64,000 bases of DNA from Naegleria gruberi (taxonomy: Eukaryota): the NCBI GenBank assembly GCA_000004985.1, contig GG738861.1; one strand, 5' to 3'. The notes below the pieces were generated by a model, which ran no database searches, was not told where the DNA came from, and worked only from the letters and a program-made list of their open reading frames with translations. Positions 31,862-41,973 of the stretch are shown here, piece by piece (the stretch's first letter is position 1; every line of letters starts with the position of its first letter). Position numbers and translations under genes: made by a program.

Positions 31862-31966
31862 TGTAATAATATTAAATTAGTATATTTTAATTCATTCGAA
31901 ACTCTTTGTAATTATTATTGATTAAAATCTCTAGTTCAATAAATATTTGCTGAACAAATACTAAAA

Positions 31967-33256
31967 TTACAATAATTTATTACTTTCCAATACGTAATAA
32001 TAATTAATAATTGGAAATTCATTTGATTTTTCCTCATGAACAAGAGTAAATTTCATCTTGTCACACAATCTAATCAAACCATACTGCAAACTCGAAATCT
32101 TAATGATTATTGCTGAGGCATTTGTTTCTTTCAATAGATCCTTGATGGTCACTTCAAAGAGTTGTAAAGCTACGTGAAAATTCGGGTCGACCCATTCATC
32201 TTTGGCAATATTAATGTGCTTTTTCAGAGAGAAATCAGTAATTTCAATGACACGAGCTGCATTAGTGAGATTTCTCTTTGTACTGCCACTGCAGAAAATT
32301 AACTTTTCCAAAATGAATTTAGAGATGGCCAATTTTTCAACACTTCCATCCTGTTGAATTTCATATTCTAAATATTTAATATGTCCATGAACAATTTGAG
32401 GTAACTTGTTGAAAACAGTCTCCTCAGAATTTTTCCAACTCTTATCAATGATTAGATATTCGGTAGAGAAGTAATCTTCATGAATGTCTTGCTTATTCCT
32501 ATATTTTTCCAAATTTTTTCTCGTTTCTCTTTGAATATATCTCAGAATCCAATAATATTCAAAGAAACTCAAAGCCAACAAGAATACAGTAAATGAGAAG
32601 AAAAACACCATGATATAAAATACACTGGACAAGGCAGTACTATTCCTTAAAAAACTAATGAAAAAATCCATAGTACCCATTTGTGAAATATCTCCCTTCA
32701 AATTCATTTCGTTGAGGGCTCGATTTGTTATCGAATTAAACACTGAATTTTCCATAAAATCCCCAACCCAAGAAAATTTAACAAGAGCAACCATACAAAT
32801 TGCATTCATTACAACCAATCCCAACAGGAATACCAACATTTTAAAAGGTCCATAATAATATTGCATCAAAGAGTAGAAATTATCAGTGTGATCAACTTTA
32901 GAATTCCAATTCAGAGAAAATAATGATTGATGTGAATGTTTCCAATACTCATCTCTCGATGATTGTTCATCCTCTTCGGCATCAAGCAGAAAATTATATT
33001 GAATGCCATATTCTTGATTGTTTTTCTTCGTTCCGACCACTCCATCATTACTCTTGAACAAGATATTAGGAAATATATTGGTAGGAAGTGAATAATCAGA
33101 CAAGAAGGAAATATCCTTCAAATGCAAAGACAATTCAATTGGTAATTGTTTTTCATCTTGTTCGGAACATGATGAGAAATGAGAGAGAAACTCTTCCTTA
33201 TTCACTACTGCAACTTGACTCATTTTTTTGTATTTATTTTTTTTAATGTAATACAA
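31967..33256 (-). CDS. Hypothetical membrane protein
   Basis: 429-aa ORF. The probable ATG start is MSQVAVVNKEEF (near 33223). There are 3-4 hydrophobic helices in the middle (MLVFLLGLVVMNAICMVALV; FYIMVFFFSFTVFLLALSFF). No recognisable family. Confidence 0.35.
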   Translation of the reverse strand: MYYIKKNKYKKMSQVAVVNKEEFLSHFSSCSEQDEKQLPIELSLHLKDISFLSDYSLPTNIFPNILFKSNDGVVGTKKNNQEYGIQYNFLLDAEEDEQSSRDEYWKHSHQSLFSLNWNSKVDHTDNFYSLMQYYYGPFKMLVFLLGLVVMNAICMVALVKFSWVGDFMENSVFNSITNRALNEMNLKGDISQMGTMDFFISFLRNSTALSSVFYIMVFFFSFTVFLLALSFFEYYWILRYIQRETRKNLEKYRNKQDIHEDYFSTEYLIIDKSWKNSEETVFNKLPQIVHGHIKYLEYEIQQDGSVEKLAISKFILEKLIFCSGSTKRNLTNAARVIEITDFSLKKHINIAKDEWVDPNFHVALQLFEVTIKDLLKETNASAIIIKISSLQYGLIRLCDKMKFTLVHEEKSNEFPIINYYYVLESNKLL

Positions 33257-33483
33257 ATTGTAAACATTTAAGGATAGAGTCTTTCAAAAAGGTTAAATAA
33301 CAATTTTAAAACAAAATTAGTCTTTCTAAAATGTGAAAGAATTTACTTAGTTTTCATATTGGATTCTGGCTAGGAAAGCATGATGTGAAATATTGTTTAA
33401 CTGAATGAAATGAATCAAGTATTTATTGGAAAATCAAAAGAAGGAATGATATTCAATTAATTGGAAAATAACAAATTTTCTAA

Positions 33484-34609
33484 TTAACAACCCAAAACAC
33501 TCTTGGCCTTAATCCAGTGGTTATCACGATCTTCCTTACCATTGAAACCACCATTAATACGTTTAGTACAGGTATCAAAACCAGTTTGATCACATCTATC
33601 AGCATATTGACTCAATCCAGCACGATTCCTATATAGAAATATGATAAATATGTCAAATAATGAATATTCATTAACACTTACCAGAACCAAACAGCAGTAC
33701 GGAATCCAATATCTGGATCAGCAGCTCTAGTTGGATTATTTTCCAAATCAACTCCGAGAGCTTGACCAGCTGCACGATAATTGGCTCTACCAGTAATTTG
33801 AATTGGACCTCTTCCCTTATACTATTGTTCATTGAAATTTAGTATATTAATATAAAGAAAATGAAACTTACTCTAACACCATCACCAGGATAGATATTTC
33901 CCAAATCCTTTCTTCCTTCATAAGCAGCTCCAGAAGCAAATTCAGTAAACCCTAATCAATTAATATTAATATGAATGTTAATTATTAATATTCAGAGTGC
34001 ATAACACTTACAATTCAAATCACCAGATTCATGGGCAATTTGAGCCAAGAAGGCAGTCATTCTACAACATGTACTAATTCCTCCTTCGGCCATGGCACTG
34101 TTCAAAAAAGTAATGTATTGGATAGCCTTTGTACCGGACAAGTTTGGCATGATAGCTCTCAAACTTTGAATGCTAACAGATGCTGAGAATGAAGCATAGC
34201 TCTTAATAGTAACAAAGTTAGAGGCAACATAACCAGAACCAAATGAACCAGAAACAAGATACCTTTTTTTGATTAATCAAACCGGACGGATATGAAATGA
34301 ATGTGAAAGAACAAATAAGAAAGTGGACGGACAGGGTATTTGATTGTTGTAATCGTTCATATACTTTGTTACAGATTCATTGAAAGATTAATTTACATAC
34401 CATGTGTATCCACAACCGTTTTCCATTTGACCACCGAATTTAACTTCAACACCATGAGGGAGTGTGGTCATGAGATTATAATCGGTGCATGGACCATCTC
34501 TCACTTTTAATCCGGATGGAGCATTCACAATCAATGTGTCTCCGTTTTGCAAGCCAAAAACAGCTTGACACAATAATATGAAGGCAATTAAGGCCGTAAA
34601 CAATTTCAT
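33484..34609 (-). CDS. Secreted SH3b-like domain + glycoside hydrolase family 19 (chitinase/lysozyme-type) enzyme; 5 exons (34401..34609, 34012..34262, 33872..33951, 33682..33821, 33484..33628)
   Basis: Signal peptide MKLFTALIAFILLCQAVFG. Then a bacterial SH3-like module (LIVNAPSGLKVRDGPCTDYNLMTTLPHGVEVKFGG...GCGYTW). Then the GH19 catalytic core across four exons: 'GISTCCRMTAFLAQIAHESGDLN', 'YKGRGPIQITGRANYRAAGQALGVDLENNPT', 'AVWFW', 'KRINGGFNGKEDRDNHW'. The four introns are 138, 60, 50 and 53 nt, all GT(A/T)(A/T)GT...AG. Three of them split Trp codons. The spliced product is about 274 aa. This unifies the two partial ORFs 34388..34609 and 33484..33690. Confidence 0.75.
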
Positions 34610-35413
34610 TTTTTATATAGGCTGCTGCCAATGAATGGTGCAGCAAACAACTCCAGCTATTTGTGAATTGCATCATTATGCTTCTCATCATTGGCTGCGC
34701 TTAATTAAAGCCCCGTTGAACACCTGTGCTGCTGATTTATAGCACAAGATCTTATTGAGATTTACAGCGCCCCCTTCCAATGGAACTAATAATTGGTGAA
34801 AATAAAATCTTACAGAGTAGTCGACTGTAAAGAGGAAGGCAGGTGGGATATATACTGGTATTGGAGTCGTGGATTTTATTGAATTAATTTCTTCTTACCT
34901 TATTTCTAAAGCACACCACAATAGTTTATCAATCCACTGAAAACCAAATTGATGGAATGCGATTCATGAAGAGAAATCAACTTGCTGTTTCGGATTGGAA
35001 TGTTTAAGACAAATTGCACCAAAATTGTGTTCTAAAGAAAGGATTGATTCAAATGAAATTTTTGGAACTGAAATTTCTAACCATGATTTTCTAACATCCT
35101 TCAACTGGAAATTCGAACATCCAACCATTGATTTTAATATCTCAAATATTCATACTTGAAAGAAATTCCTCAATCAAATAATCTTTACAATATTCATAAA
35201 CATTTGCCAAGTCATTTTTTTAAAATTGAACCAGCACCAATGGTGCTAACAATAAACTATTTAGATTTTTAAAATTGATCCAATTATATAAAATCATTAA
35301 TATCATCACTTAAATTTGTATAGAAATGGAGAAAATGAAAAATTGAAATAATTTAAAATTAATTTTTTAATTCATTCCAATATTCCAATGTACTTAGTTC
35401 TTGTATCCAATAA

Positions 35414-35974
35414 TTAATAATTTCTACCACGAATAGCTTCTCTCAATTTATCATCAGTCTTAGTCTTGTTATATCTACAAATTGGATAAGTAACAAATAA
35501 TGGTAAGAAGAATGACCAAGCACCCTTCTCTATTGTTGCAGCCCATCTTTCCTTTCCCAATCCTTTAAAACGTAAATTTACAAATATCGACACAGGAATT
35601 GCAATACCTGCAGAAATTAAAGAAGCATAGGAGAAACATTTGGTTCCGAAAATCTTGTAGAATAATCGGAATGTACTAAAGTTCTTCATTTGGTCATCAG
35701 TGAGTGGTTTTCTAAATTCATTCTCTTCAAACATTTCTCCAGTTTGTGATTTTGGTACAGGTTCCACAACACTCAGATCGTTAGCAAGTTGTTCCGAAGC
35801 TGTTGATTCTTCATCCGAATTTAAAAATCCAATGAGTGAATTTTTATTTTCTTGTTCCTTTGGATCACGAATTCCTTGTTTTAATTTATAATAAATAGGT
35901 GCACGGAGTTGAAAATTCTTCTCTGGAATGTGCAATTTTGTTGTGATGTATTCCTCTATCGAATTTCTGTCCAT
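35414..35974 (-). CDS. Hypothetical small membrane protein
   Basis: 186-aa ATG ORF. Two hydrophobic segments lie near the C-terminus (CFSYASLISAGIAIPVSIFV; AWSFFLPLFVTYPI). The N-terminal half is acidic. No family recognised. Confidence 0.35.
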   Translation of the reverse strand: MDRNSIEEYITTKLHIPEKNFQLRAPIYYKLKQGIRDPKEQENKNSLIGFLNSDEESTASEQLANDLSVVEPVPKSQTGEMFEENEFRKPLTDDQMKNFSTFRLFYKIFGTKCFSYASLISAGIAIPVSIFVNLRFKGLGKERWAATIEKGAWSFFLPLFVTYPICRYNKTKTDDKLREAIRGRNY

Positions 35975-36109
35975 TTTTTTTATATTTTGAATTTTAATTA
36001 AATTGATGTCTTTATTGGGAATAAATTAGTATTATAATGTTTGCAAATGTTAAATATTGAATTGAAATTGGCCTAGGGTTTCTTCTTTTCAGAAGGTGGT
36101 GCGAAATAA

Positions 36110-38446
36110 TTATTCTTTGTTTTTGGTTTTGGATTTGTTTTTGGATTTCTTCTTTTTGGACTTTCGAAGACCTTTCTTTCTTTCTTTGAAAGTTTGATGA
36201 CATCCAGTACAAATATATCCACATTTGGATATTTCATCAAGGTGGAAAGAGTATTCGTGGAATACTGGTGGAGTGACTTCGTATTTGGTTGCCATGTCTG
36301 GAATTGGTAAACCACACGCAACACAACTACTTCCCATATCCTTTCTCACTTTTTCATTATCTCCTTCAGTAATTTCTGGAAGGCTCGTAAGTAGGGTGCT
36401 TTTCTTGTGTGAGTAGAGCTTGTCCAGCATTGCTGTATCATCACCAAATTCTATCAATACAGTAGATTCATCAATTCTGTTGGCCTTACATCCAGTAAGA
36501 TAGAATTTGGTTATATATTTGGAACCATACCAAGTAAATTCATCCGATTCTTTGGTAAGGAAAATGGTTTTAACAGCGTCATTGACAGCAATCCTTTCCA
36601 GTCTTCCATTTCTGAGAATTTTCAGTATAGATTTGGCAAATAATGAACGTTTCTTAAAGTAAATATTTACATGGACAGCTTTCAAGTCTACAGAACTCGT
36701 CACGATAAATGTTGGATTGGTAGTGAGAATAGACTCACCATCAATACAAAGCTCCACTGTTGTAAAACGTTCAAACTCTGATATTCCCATCAAATTGTAG
36801 TTGTGTTGATCAATTCTTGAACACTTTTTCAAATCGAACATGGCATTAAACTTTAAAATGAATATTTCAAAGTCTTGAATTGCATACATATCATAAGCTG
36901 CAATGTCTAGATTGATAGCATATTCTTTTTGCCATTCATCCAATATTCCAACATGATAATCGAAATTAGAGTCCAGGTTTTTGCCAATAGTAAGTGGTAC
37001 CTCACCTGTGGCATAAATTGACGAATTAATAATCATCTCAACACCAGTAATGAGAGCACTCAATCCATCCACAGTCCAATTTAAATTAAAGTCGAATGCA
37101 TCTATATCCTTGTATTGATCTTTAAAATAACACCTTCTTTCATCGAGAATATCTTGAATACTTTCTTTTTTCAATATTTCTCTGAACCTAGTTTCAAAGT
37201 ATTTACATCTAGTTACAGCTCCAGCGAAATGGACAGTTTTGATATTCTTTTGTACAATAATTAAACAAAGGGGAACCATCATTTGGTGAAGGGCTTCTTC
37301 AATTTCTTTCTCCAGAGGCACTAGTTCTTCAATTAATGAAGAACTGTTACTCTCAAATTGACTGGCAAGAATATCCAGTGTTTCTTCTCCGTATTTGGAT
37401 TGTATTACTTTGTGTACAATAGACATTCCTCCAACCTCACCATTTTTAAATGTAATCTCTGGTATTCCATCTTCTGTAAATTCTACAACACTGATATCTA
37501 GAGTTAAATGACCTACATCGATATAAAGTGTTGGTTCTTTCACAATATCAATCTGAGAATCGCAATAGTATTTCAAGAGTACAAATTCTTCAATCACATA
37601 CAAGTGCTCAAAATCTAGGTCAACCTCAAATGATGCAAGGGCCTTCATTAGACAATTTCTGTAAACTTTCTTAATATTTTCAGTGGTACCAGTTGGACAT
37701 GTTAATATGAAGGCACTAACATTTGACAATTCGCTCACTACTTTTCCATTGACTTGTGATTTTTTAGTTATACTTTTTGTCAGCAATTCTTTAATAAAGT
37801 GATATATTGCATTGCTGACAGTAACCTTCTCGTTGTTAACTTTAATCGCCAGAGCTTCTTGAACAAGAAATAATTTCTTAATATTCTCCAATTCCTTCCA
37901 TCCATCATTTTCTGGAGCTTTTTCAGCAACAAGAAACTTGGTACTACCCGAAGTTTTACAGAAAATCCTTGATGGATAAAATTGATGGGTGTCAAATTTC
38001 ATCTGTACTGATGTCACACTAGGTTTAGATTTCGAATTAATTACTTTAAACTTTGCTCCTTTAACAAAACTAGATCCAATATCAAGGGCAATAATTGTCT
38101 TTTCCAAATAATTTCTGTAATCAAAAAAATCATTCAGTGGTGGTTTATCTTCGGTATAGTCAAGAGAATTAGAATCAATTGTGATGGAGGTATTTAGTTT
38201 AACTTCCTCACAATAATCCGTTTGTACTTTCCTCTTTTTCCGAGTCTTTGATCGTTTACTAGTATTATTTGATTCACCATTATTTTCCTCTTCCTCATTA
38301 TTATTTGCATCCGCATTAATTCTATCATCAGTTGTTGATACCGATGAGGAAGCACTTGCTTTGGATGATGAACCCGAAAAGTCATCAGCACTTCCTTCTT
38401 CCAATACTTGTGATGATGAGGAAGCGCTTGCTCTCTTCTTTGGCAT
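36110..38446 (-). CDS. Actin-fold ATPase domain protein, atypical Hsp70 (HSPA12-like), with an N-terminal acidic/NLS region and a C-terminal Cys-rich zinc-ribbon
   Basis: 778 aa. 'TIIALDIGSSFVKGA' and 'LYIDVGHLTLDISVVEF...GEVGGMSIV' match the phosphate-1/phosphate-2 motifs of sugar-kinase/Hsp70/actin-fold ATPases, with HSPA12-like spacing. The tail has 'CVACG...CGYICTGCHQTF' plus a poly-Lys stretch. Confidence 0.35.
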   Translation of the reverse strand: MPKKRASASSSSQVLEEGSADDFSGSSSKASASSSVSTTDDRINADANNNEEEENNGESNNTSKRSKTRKKRKVQTDYCEEVKLNTSITIDSNSLDYTEDKPPLNDFFDYRNYLEKTIIALDIGSSFVKGAKFKVINSKSKPSVTSVQMKFDTHQFYPSRIFCKTSGSTKFLVAEKAPENDGWKELENIKKLFLVQEALAIKVNNEKVTVSNAIYHFIKELLTKSITKKSQVNGKVVSELSNVSAFILTCPTGTTENIKKVYRNCLMKALASFEVDLDFEHLYVIEEFVLLKYYCDSQIDIVKEPTLYIDVGHLTLDISVVEFTEDGIPEITFKNGEVGGMSIVHKVIQSKYGEETLDILASQFESNSSSLIEELVPLEKEIEEALHQMMVPLCLIIVQKNIKTVHFAGAVTRCKYFETRFREILKKESIQDILDERRCYFKDQYKDIDAFDFNLNWTVDGLSALITGVEMIINSSIYATGEVPLTIGKNLDSNFDYHVGILDEWQKEYAINLDIAAYDMYAIQDFEIFILKFNAMFDLKKCSRIDQHNYNLMGISEFERFTTVELCIDGESILTTNPTFIVTSSVDLKAVHVNIYFKKRSLFAKSILKILRNGRLERIAVNDAVKTIFLTKESDEFTWYGSKYITKFYLTGCKANRIDESTVLIEFGDDTAMLDKLYSHKKSTLLTSLPEITEGDNEKVRKDMGSSCVACGLPIPDMATKYEVTPPVFHEYSFHLDEISKCGYICTGCHQTFKERKKGLRKSKKKKSKNKSKTKNKE

Positions 38447-38542
38447 TTTTTTTGGTAAATTCTTTTTAAATTAAATTGTTAATAATGAAACTTCTTTTGC
38501 TGGCGCCAAATAATAATATTAATAATCGAATGTGACACAATT

Positions 38543-40336
38543 TTATTTTCTCTTGAATAATCTGGACATGAGTGAGTTGCCAGTTCTTTGCTTACAAATA
38601 TCAGAGTAGTATTTACGGAATTGTTCATTTGATATAGAAGCCGATATTCTGTTAACATCACCAATTGCTGCAATACCTGGTTGTTTACCATTGTAGAATA
38701 ATTTGTCCATCATGGCAAGGATATCATTCTTTGAAACAGAATCAATCTTTTCTACAAGGTAATCAACTCCAAAGTATTTGTCATTCCACATTAAATCGTT
38801 AACAGCATTGAGAACCAATGTTGAGTTGTCTTCCAAACTGTGAAGGACTTGGGATTTGTATTGTTGCTTGGCTTGATCCAAGAGGGCATCGTCAATATAT
38901 TCAGGCATCTTGGCCAATAAAGTTAAGATTGCAACTGGGAGTTGACCTGGATTCAATTCTTCATGATTAAGACTTGCATGGAATGAGAAAATACCAGTAT
39001 CAGAATAGGCAAAATGTTGAGCAATCATATTGTGGAATTGATAGGCAGGTAAATAATGTCTATTAATTACAGAGTAAATACCCTTTCCTGGACCTCCACT
39101 TGAGAATGAATCACCTCCTCCCAAAAGTACTTCCAAAATATTTGCAACAAATAAATTATCGCTATCCTTGTATCCAATACCTTCAAATGAAACTGCATAT
39201 GATGTAGTTGGTGGAATATTTTGTAAATAGGCAGATTGTGGTCTTTCCAAAAATTCAGTCATGACTGAAGAAGGATTCCAAACTGGTTTGGCAAAAGCAA
39301 CTGGTTCAAAATTGTTAGAGAGGGCTCCTGGTGAGAAGTCCATATACTTTTTAACAAGGGATAACATCTTGTCGTGTTCAATACCAATCGATGAAATAGT
39401 ACACCTCTTAGGAACATAGAATCTATTGTAGAATTCATAGAGCATTTCAGGTGTAGCATCTTCCTTAATGGATACTGAAGGATTTCCGAGACCTCCTTCC
39501 GAGTTGGTTCCAAAGCATGACTTTAAAATGCAATCTGTCAATACATTAGAATTTGCAGGAATTGCCATTTCAGTTTCTAAATTGTATTTCAATAACTCGA
39601 TAGCATCATCGATATCTGATTGGTAAAACTTTGGATGTAACATTGTGTCAGAAAGGAATTCAAATGCCAATTCTACCTTATCCTTTGGACAAGTGATAAA
39701 GAAGGAATGGCTTTCGTATTCAGATGTTGATTCGTATAATACCTTATCTTCCAAATTTTCCTTCACATAATCTTCGGAAAACTTTCTACTGTGAGCGAAA
39801 GTTAATCTATTGATAATTGTTGAAATTCCTCTTTCTTCTGGTTTTTCATATCTTGGACCAGCTTTGAATGTGACGCAAATATTAACCAGATTAGAATGTT
39901 TAGAAAATGTTGAAACTCTGAGACCATTATCAAGGGATGAAATTTTCAAATCTTTAGCATTAAAGTGAATTCCAGGAACAACATATTCAAGAGAAACCTT
40001 ATCACTAAATAATGATTGTGTAAGATTTGGTAATTTTGGTTTAACATTATTAAATGATGGAGCATCTCCGAGAGTCAAAATTTCCTTGTTGTTTTTCTTT
40101 TTTAAAAGGTCCTTCAATTTTTGTCTATCAAGTTGAGAAGCAGTTTCAAGAACAGGATTTTCGGAATTAATACTACTCTCCTTCAACAATAAATTATTTG
40201 AAAAGGATCTAGTACAAGTAGAAGCGGATCCACTACTCAACAAATTTCCCGAAACTATTGGATTGGTGGCCTTGATAGCCGAGGCCTTTCTATTCAACAA
40301 TTGATGCACAAGAAAATTAGCTGCTGTCTTGTTCAT
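38543..40336 (-). CDS. PMPCA: Mitochondrial processing peptidase alpha subunit (M16 family, non-catalytic)
   Basis: 597 aa. The N-terminus is presequence-like and the protein has the M16 fold. The alpha-MPP-specific glycine-rich loop 'LLGGGDSFSSGGPGKGIYSVINRHYL' is present. The HxxEH zinc motif is absent, which indicates alpha rather than beta. Confidence 0.7.
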   Translation of the reverse strand: MNKTAANFLVHQLLNRKASAIKATNPIVSGNLLSSGSASTCTRSFSNNLLLKESSINSENPVLETASQLDRQKLKDLLKKKNNKEILTLGDAPSFNNVKPKLPNLTQSLFSDKVSLEYVVPGIHFNAKDLKISSLDNGLRVSTFSKHSNLVNICVTFKAGPRYEKPEERGISTIINRLTFAHSRKFSEDYVKENLEDKVLYESTSEYESHSFFITCPKDKVELAFEFLSDTMLHPKFYQSDIDDAIELLKYNLETEMAIPANSNVLTDCILKSCFGTNSEGGLGNPSVSIKEDATPEMLYEFYNRFYVPKRCTISSIGIEHDKMLSLVKKYMDFSPGALSNNFEPVAFAKPVWNPSSVMTEFLERPQSAYLQNIPPTTSYAVSFEGIGYKDSDNLFVANILEVLLGGGDSFSSGGPGKGIYSVINRHYLPAYQFHNMIAQHFAYSDTGIFSFHASLNHEELNPGQLPVAILTLLAKMPEYIDDALLDQAKQQYKSQVLHSLEDNSTLVLNAVNDLMWNDKYFGVDYLVEKIDSVSKNDILAMMDKLFYNGKQPGIAAIGDVNRISASISNEQFRKYYSDICKQRTGNSLMSRLFKRK

Positions 40337-40944
40337 TTTTTTTATCGAGAATTTAAAAAAATTAACTAGATAAAAATTGATTTAATATTCAATTTCCATT
40401 GTCCTAGGTAATGAAGAAGTTGATTGAATTTAGATAATTTATTAATAACAGGTTGTGTGTTGGTAAAATATGCTAAAAGTACGACTATTTGGTATTTCTA
40501 CTCACTTCAGGATGTAATAATTATTAAAATTTGAATGAAGGAATTAAACAAATGAACCTCCGTCGAGAAAAAGTGCATTCATGATTATTCAAGACCTCTA
40601 TTTTAGTTCCTCAAAAATCCTCAGAGAATAAAAACCAAATTAATCAACTTGATGTTGGCAAAATTTCAAGGTTAGGAGGTGAGTGATTGCAGAGTAAAGA
40701 ACCTCTATTACATTTATTTACAATATCAAGAATTTGCACTACTGTTTCGAATGACAAATATGATTCAAGATCATCACAAACCAGCAAACAAACTATGATC
40801 TGAGGAAGGATTACAAAAACACTTGTGGAAATTATTATTTCTCATAATTAACACCCAATTCAAAAAAGTACAAATATTCAAACTCGACATTCCAATAAAC
40901 CTAGGTCAGCCAGACAGCAATTATTTGATCATTGTGAAAAAAAT

Positions 40945-41844
40945 ATGAACAAACAAAGTGTTGTCCTCACTTTTGCAGTTATCTGCCTATTCTTCATTCA
41001 TAACCTGAATGCAATTTGGCCTTCTCAAATTATTGACCTTCGCAACTGGAAATTAACACTTCCTGTTGGTGAGCCTGGAGATGCTATGGAAATTAAACAA
41101 CCAACCTTGGATAGATACTCTCTCAATCCATATTTTGGTGCCACTACTAATAACACTGGTGTAAGATTCAGAGTGCTCATGTCCAACGTAACCGTCACAA
41201 CTTCCTCTAATACCAAATATGCAAGAAGTGAATTGAGAGAAATGGATTCTTCAAATCCTAGTAGCACTAAGGCAGCTTGGAATACCACGGTTGGTACTCA
41301 TACCATGATTATCGATCAAACCATTACAAGATTACCAACCACTAGAAAGAAGGTTATTGCTGGTCAAGTCCACGATGCAGATGAATATGTTGTAACCATC
41401 CATTTGGAAGGAACCAAGCTCTATATCAATATCGTAGGAGTTGGAACCACAACCATTTCCCAAAATTATATTGTTGGCACAAGATTCCAAATCAAGATTC
41501 AAGTTAAGAATGGAGTCACAAGTATTTATTACAATAATATGAATACTCCTATTTATTCTATTACAAAGAGTTATAAGGGAGCCTACTTCAAGGCAGGTTG
41601 TTATGCTCAATCTAATTGCGAATTTGAGGGAAGTTTATGTGGAAAATCAAATAATTATGCTGAAGTTGTAATTCATAACTTGACCATTACGCATGAATAC
41701 CCAAGCGTTCAAGCAAGAAATGGAATTCTCAATGGATGGTTTGCAAATATGATTACAAGTGATGGTGTTAGTTTTGGAACCTCTGGTTTGATTCAATTGG
41801 TGTATTCATGTTTGTTGGTTTTCTTATTTGTTATTTTTGCCTAA
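40945..41844 (+). CDS. Secreted, probably GPI-anchored protein with a polysaccharide-lyase family 7 / 'alginate lyase 2' fold
   Basis: 299 aa with a signal peptide. The motif series 'WKLTLPVGEPGD', 'YARSELREM', 'GTHTMIIDQTI', 'IAGQVHDAD', 'YAEVVIHNLTI', 'YFKAGCYAQS' is collinear with the PF08787/PL7 jelly-roll family. The C-terminal Ser/Gly stretch is followed by a hydrophobic tail (LIQLVYSCLLVFLFVIFA), typical of a GPI signal. Confidence 0.55.
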   Translation: MNKQSVVLTFAVICLFFIHNLNAIWPSQIIDLRNWKLTLPVGEPGDAMEIKQPTLDRYSLNPYFGATTNNTGVRFRVLMSNVTVTTSSNTKYARSELREMDSSNPSSTKAAWNTTVGTHTMIIDQTITRLPTTRKKVIAGQVHDADEYVVTIHLEGTKLYINIVGVGTTTISQNYIVGTRFQIKIQVKNGVTSIYYNNMNTPIYSITKSYKGAYFKAGCYAQSNCEFEGSLCGKSNNYAEVVIHNLTITHEYPSVQARNGILNGWFANMITSDGVSFGTSGLIQLVYSCLLVFLFVIFA

Positions 41845-41973
41845 ATGTTAAGAAGAATGCAATTAACAAACATGCATTGTTTGAAATTGTCTTTAATTAA
41901 AATGAAGGATTTGTGTTAAAACTAAAGAATTCATTAATGTTAATCAATATTAAATTATTTAAAAATTAAAAAA

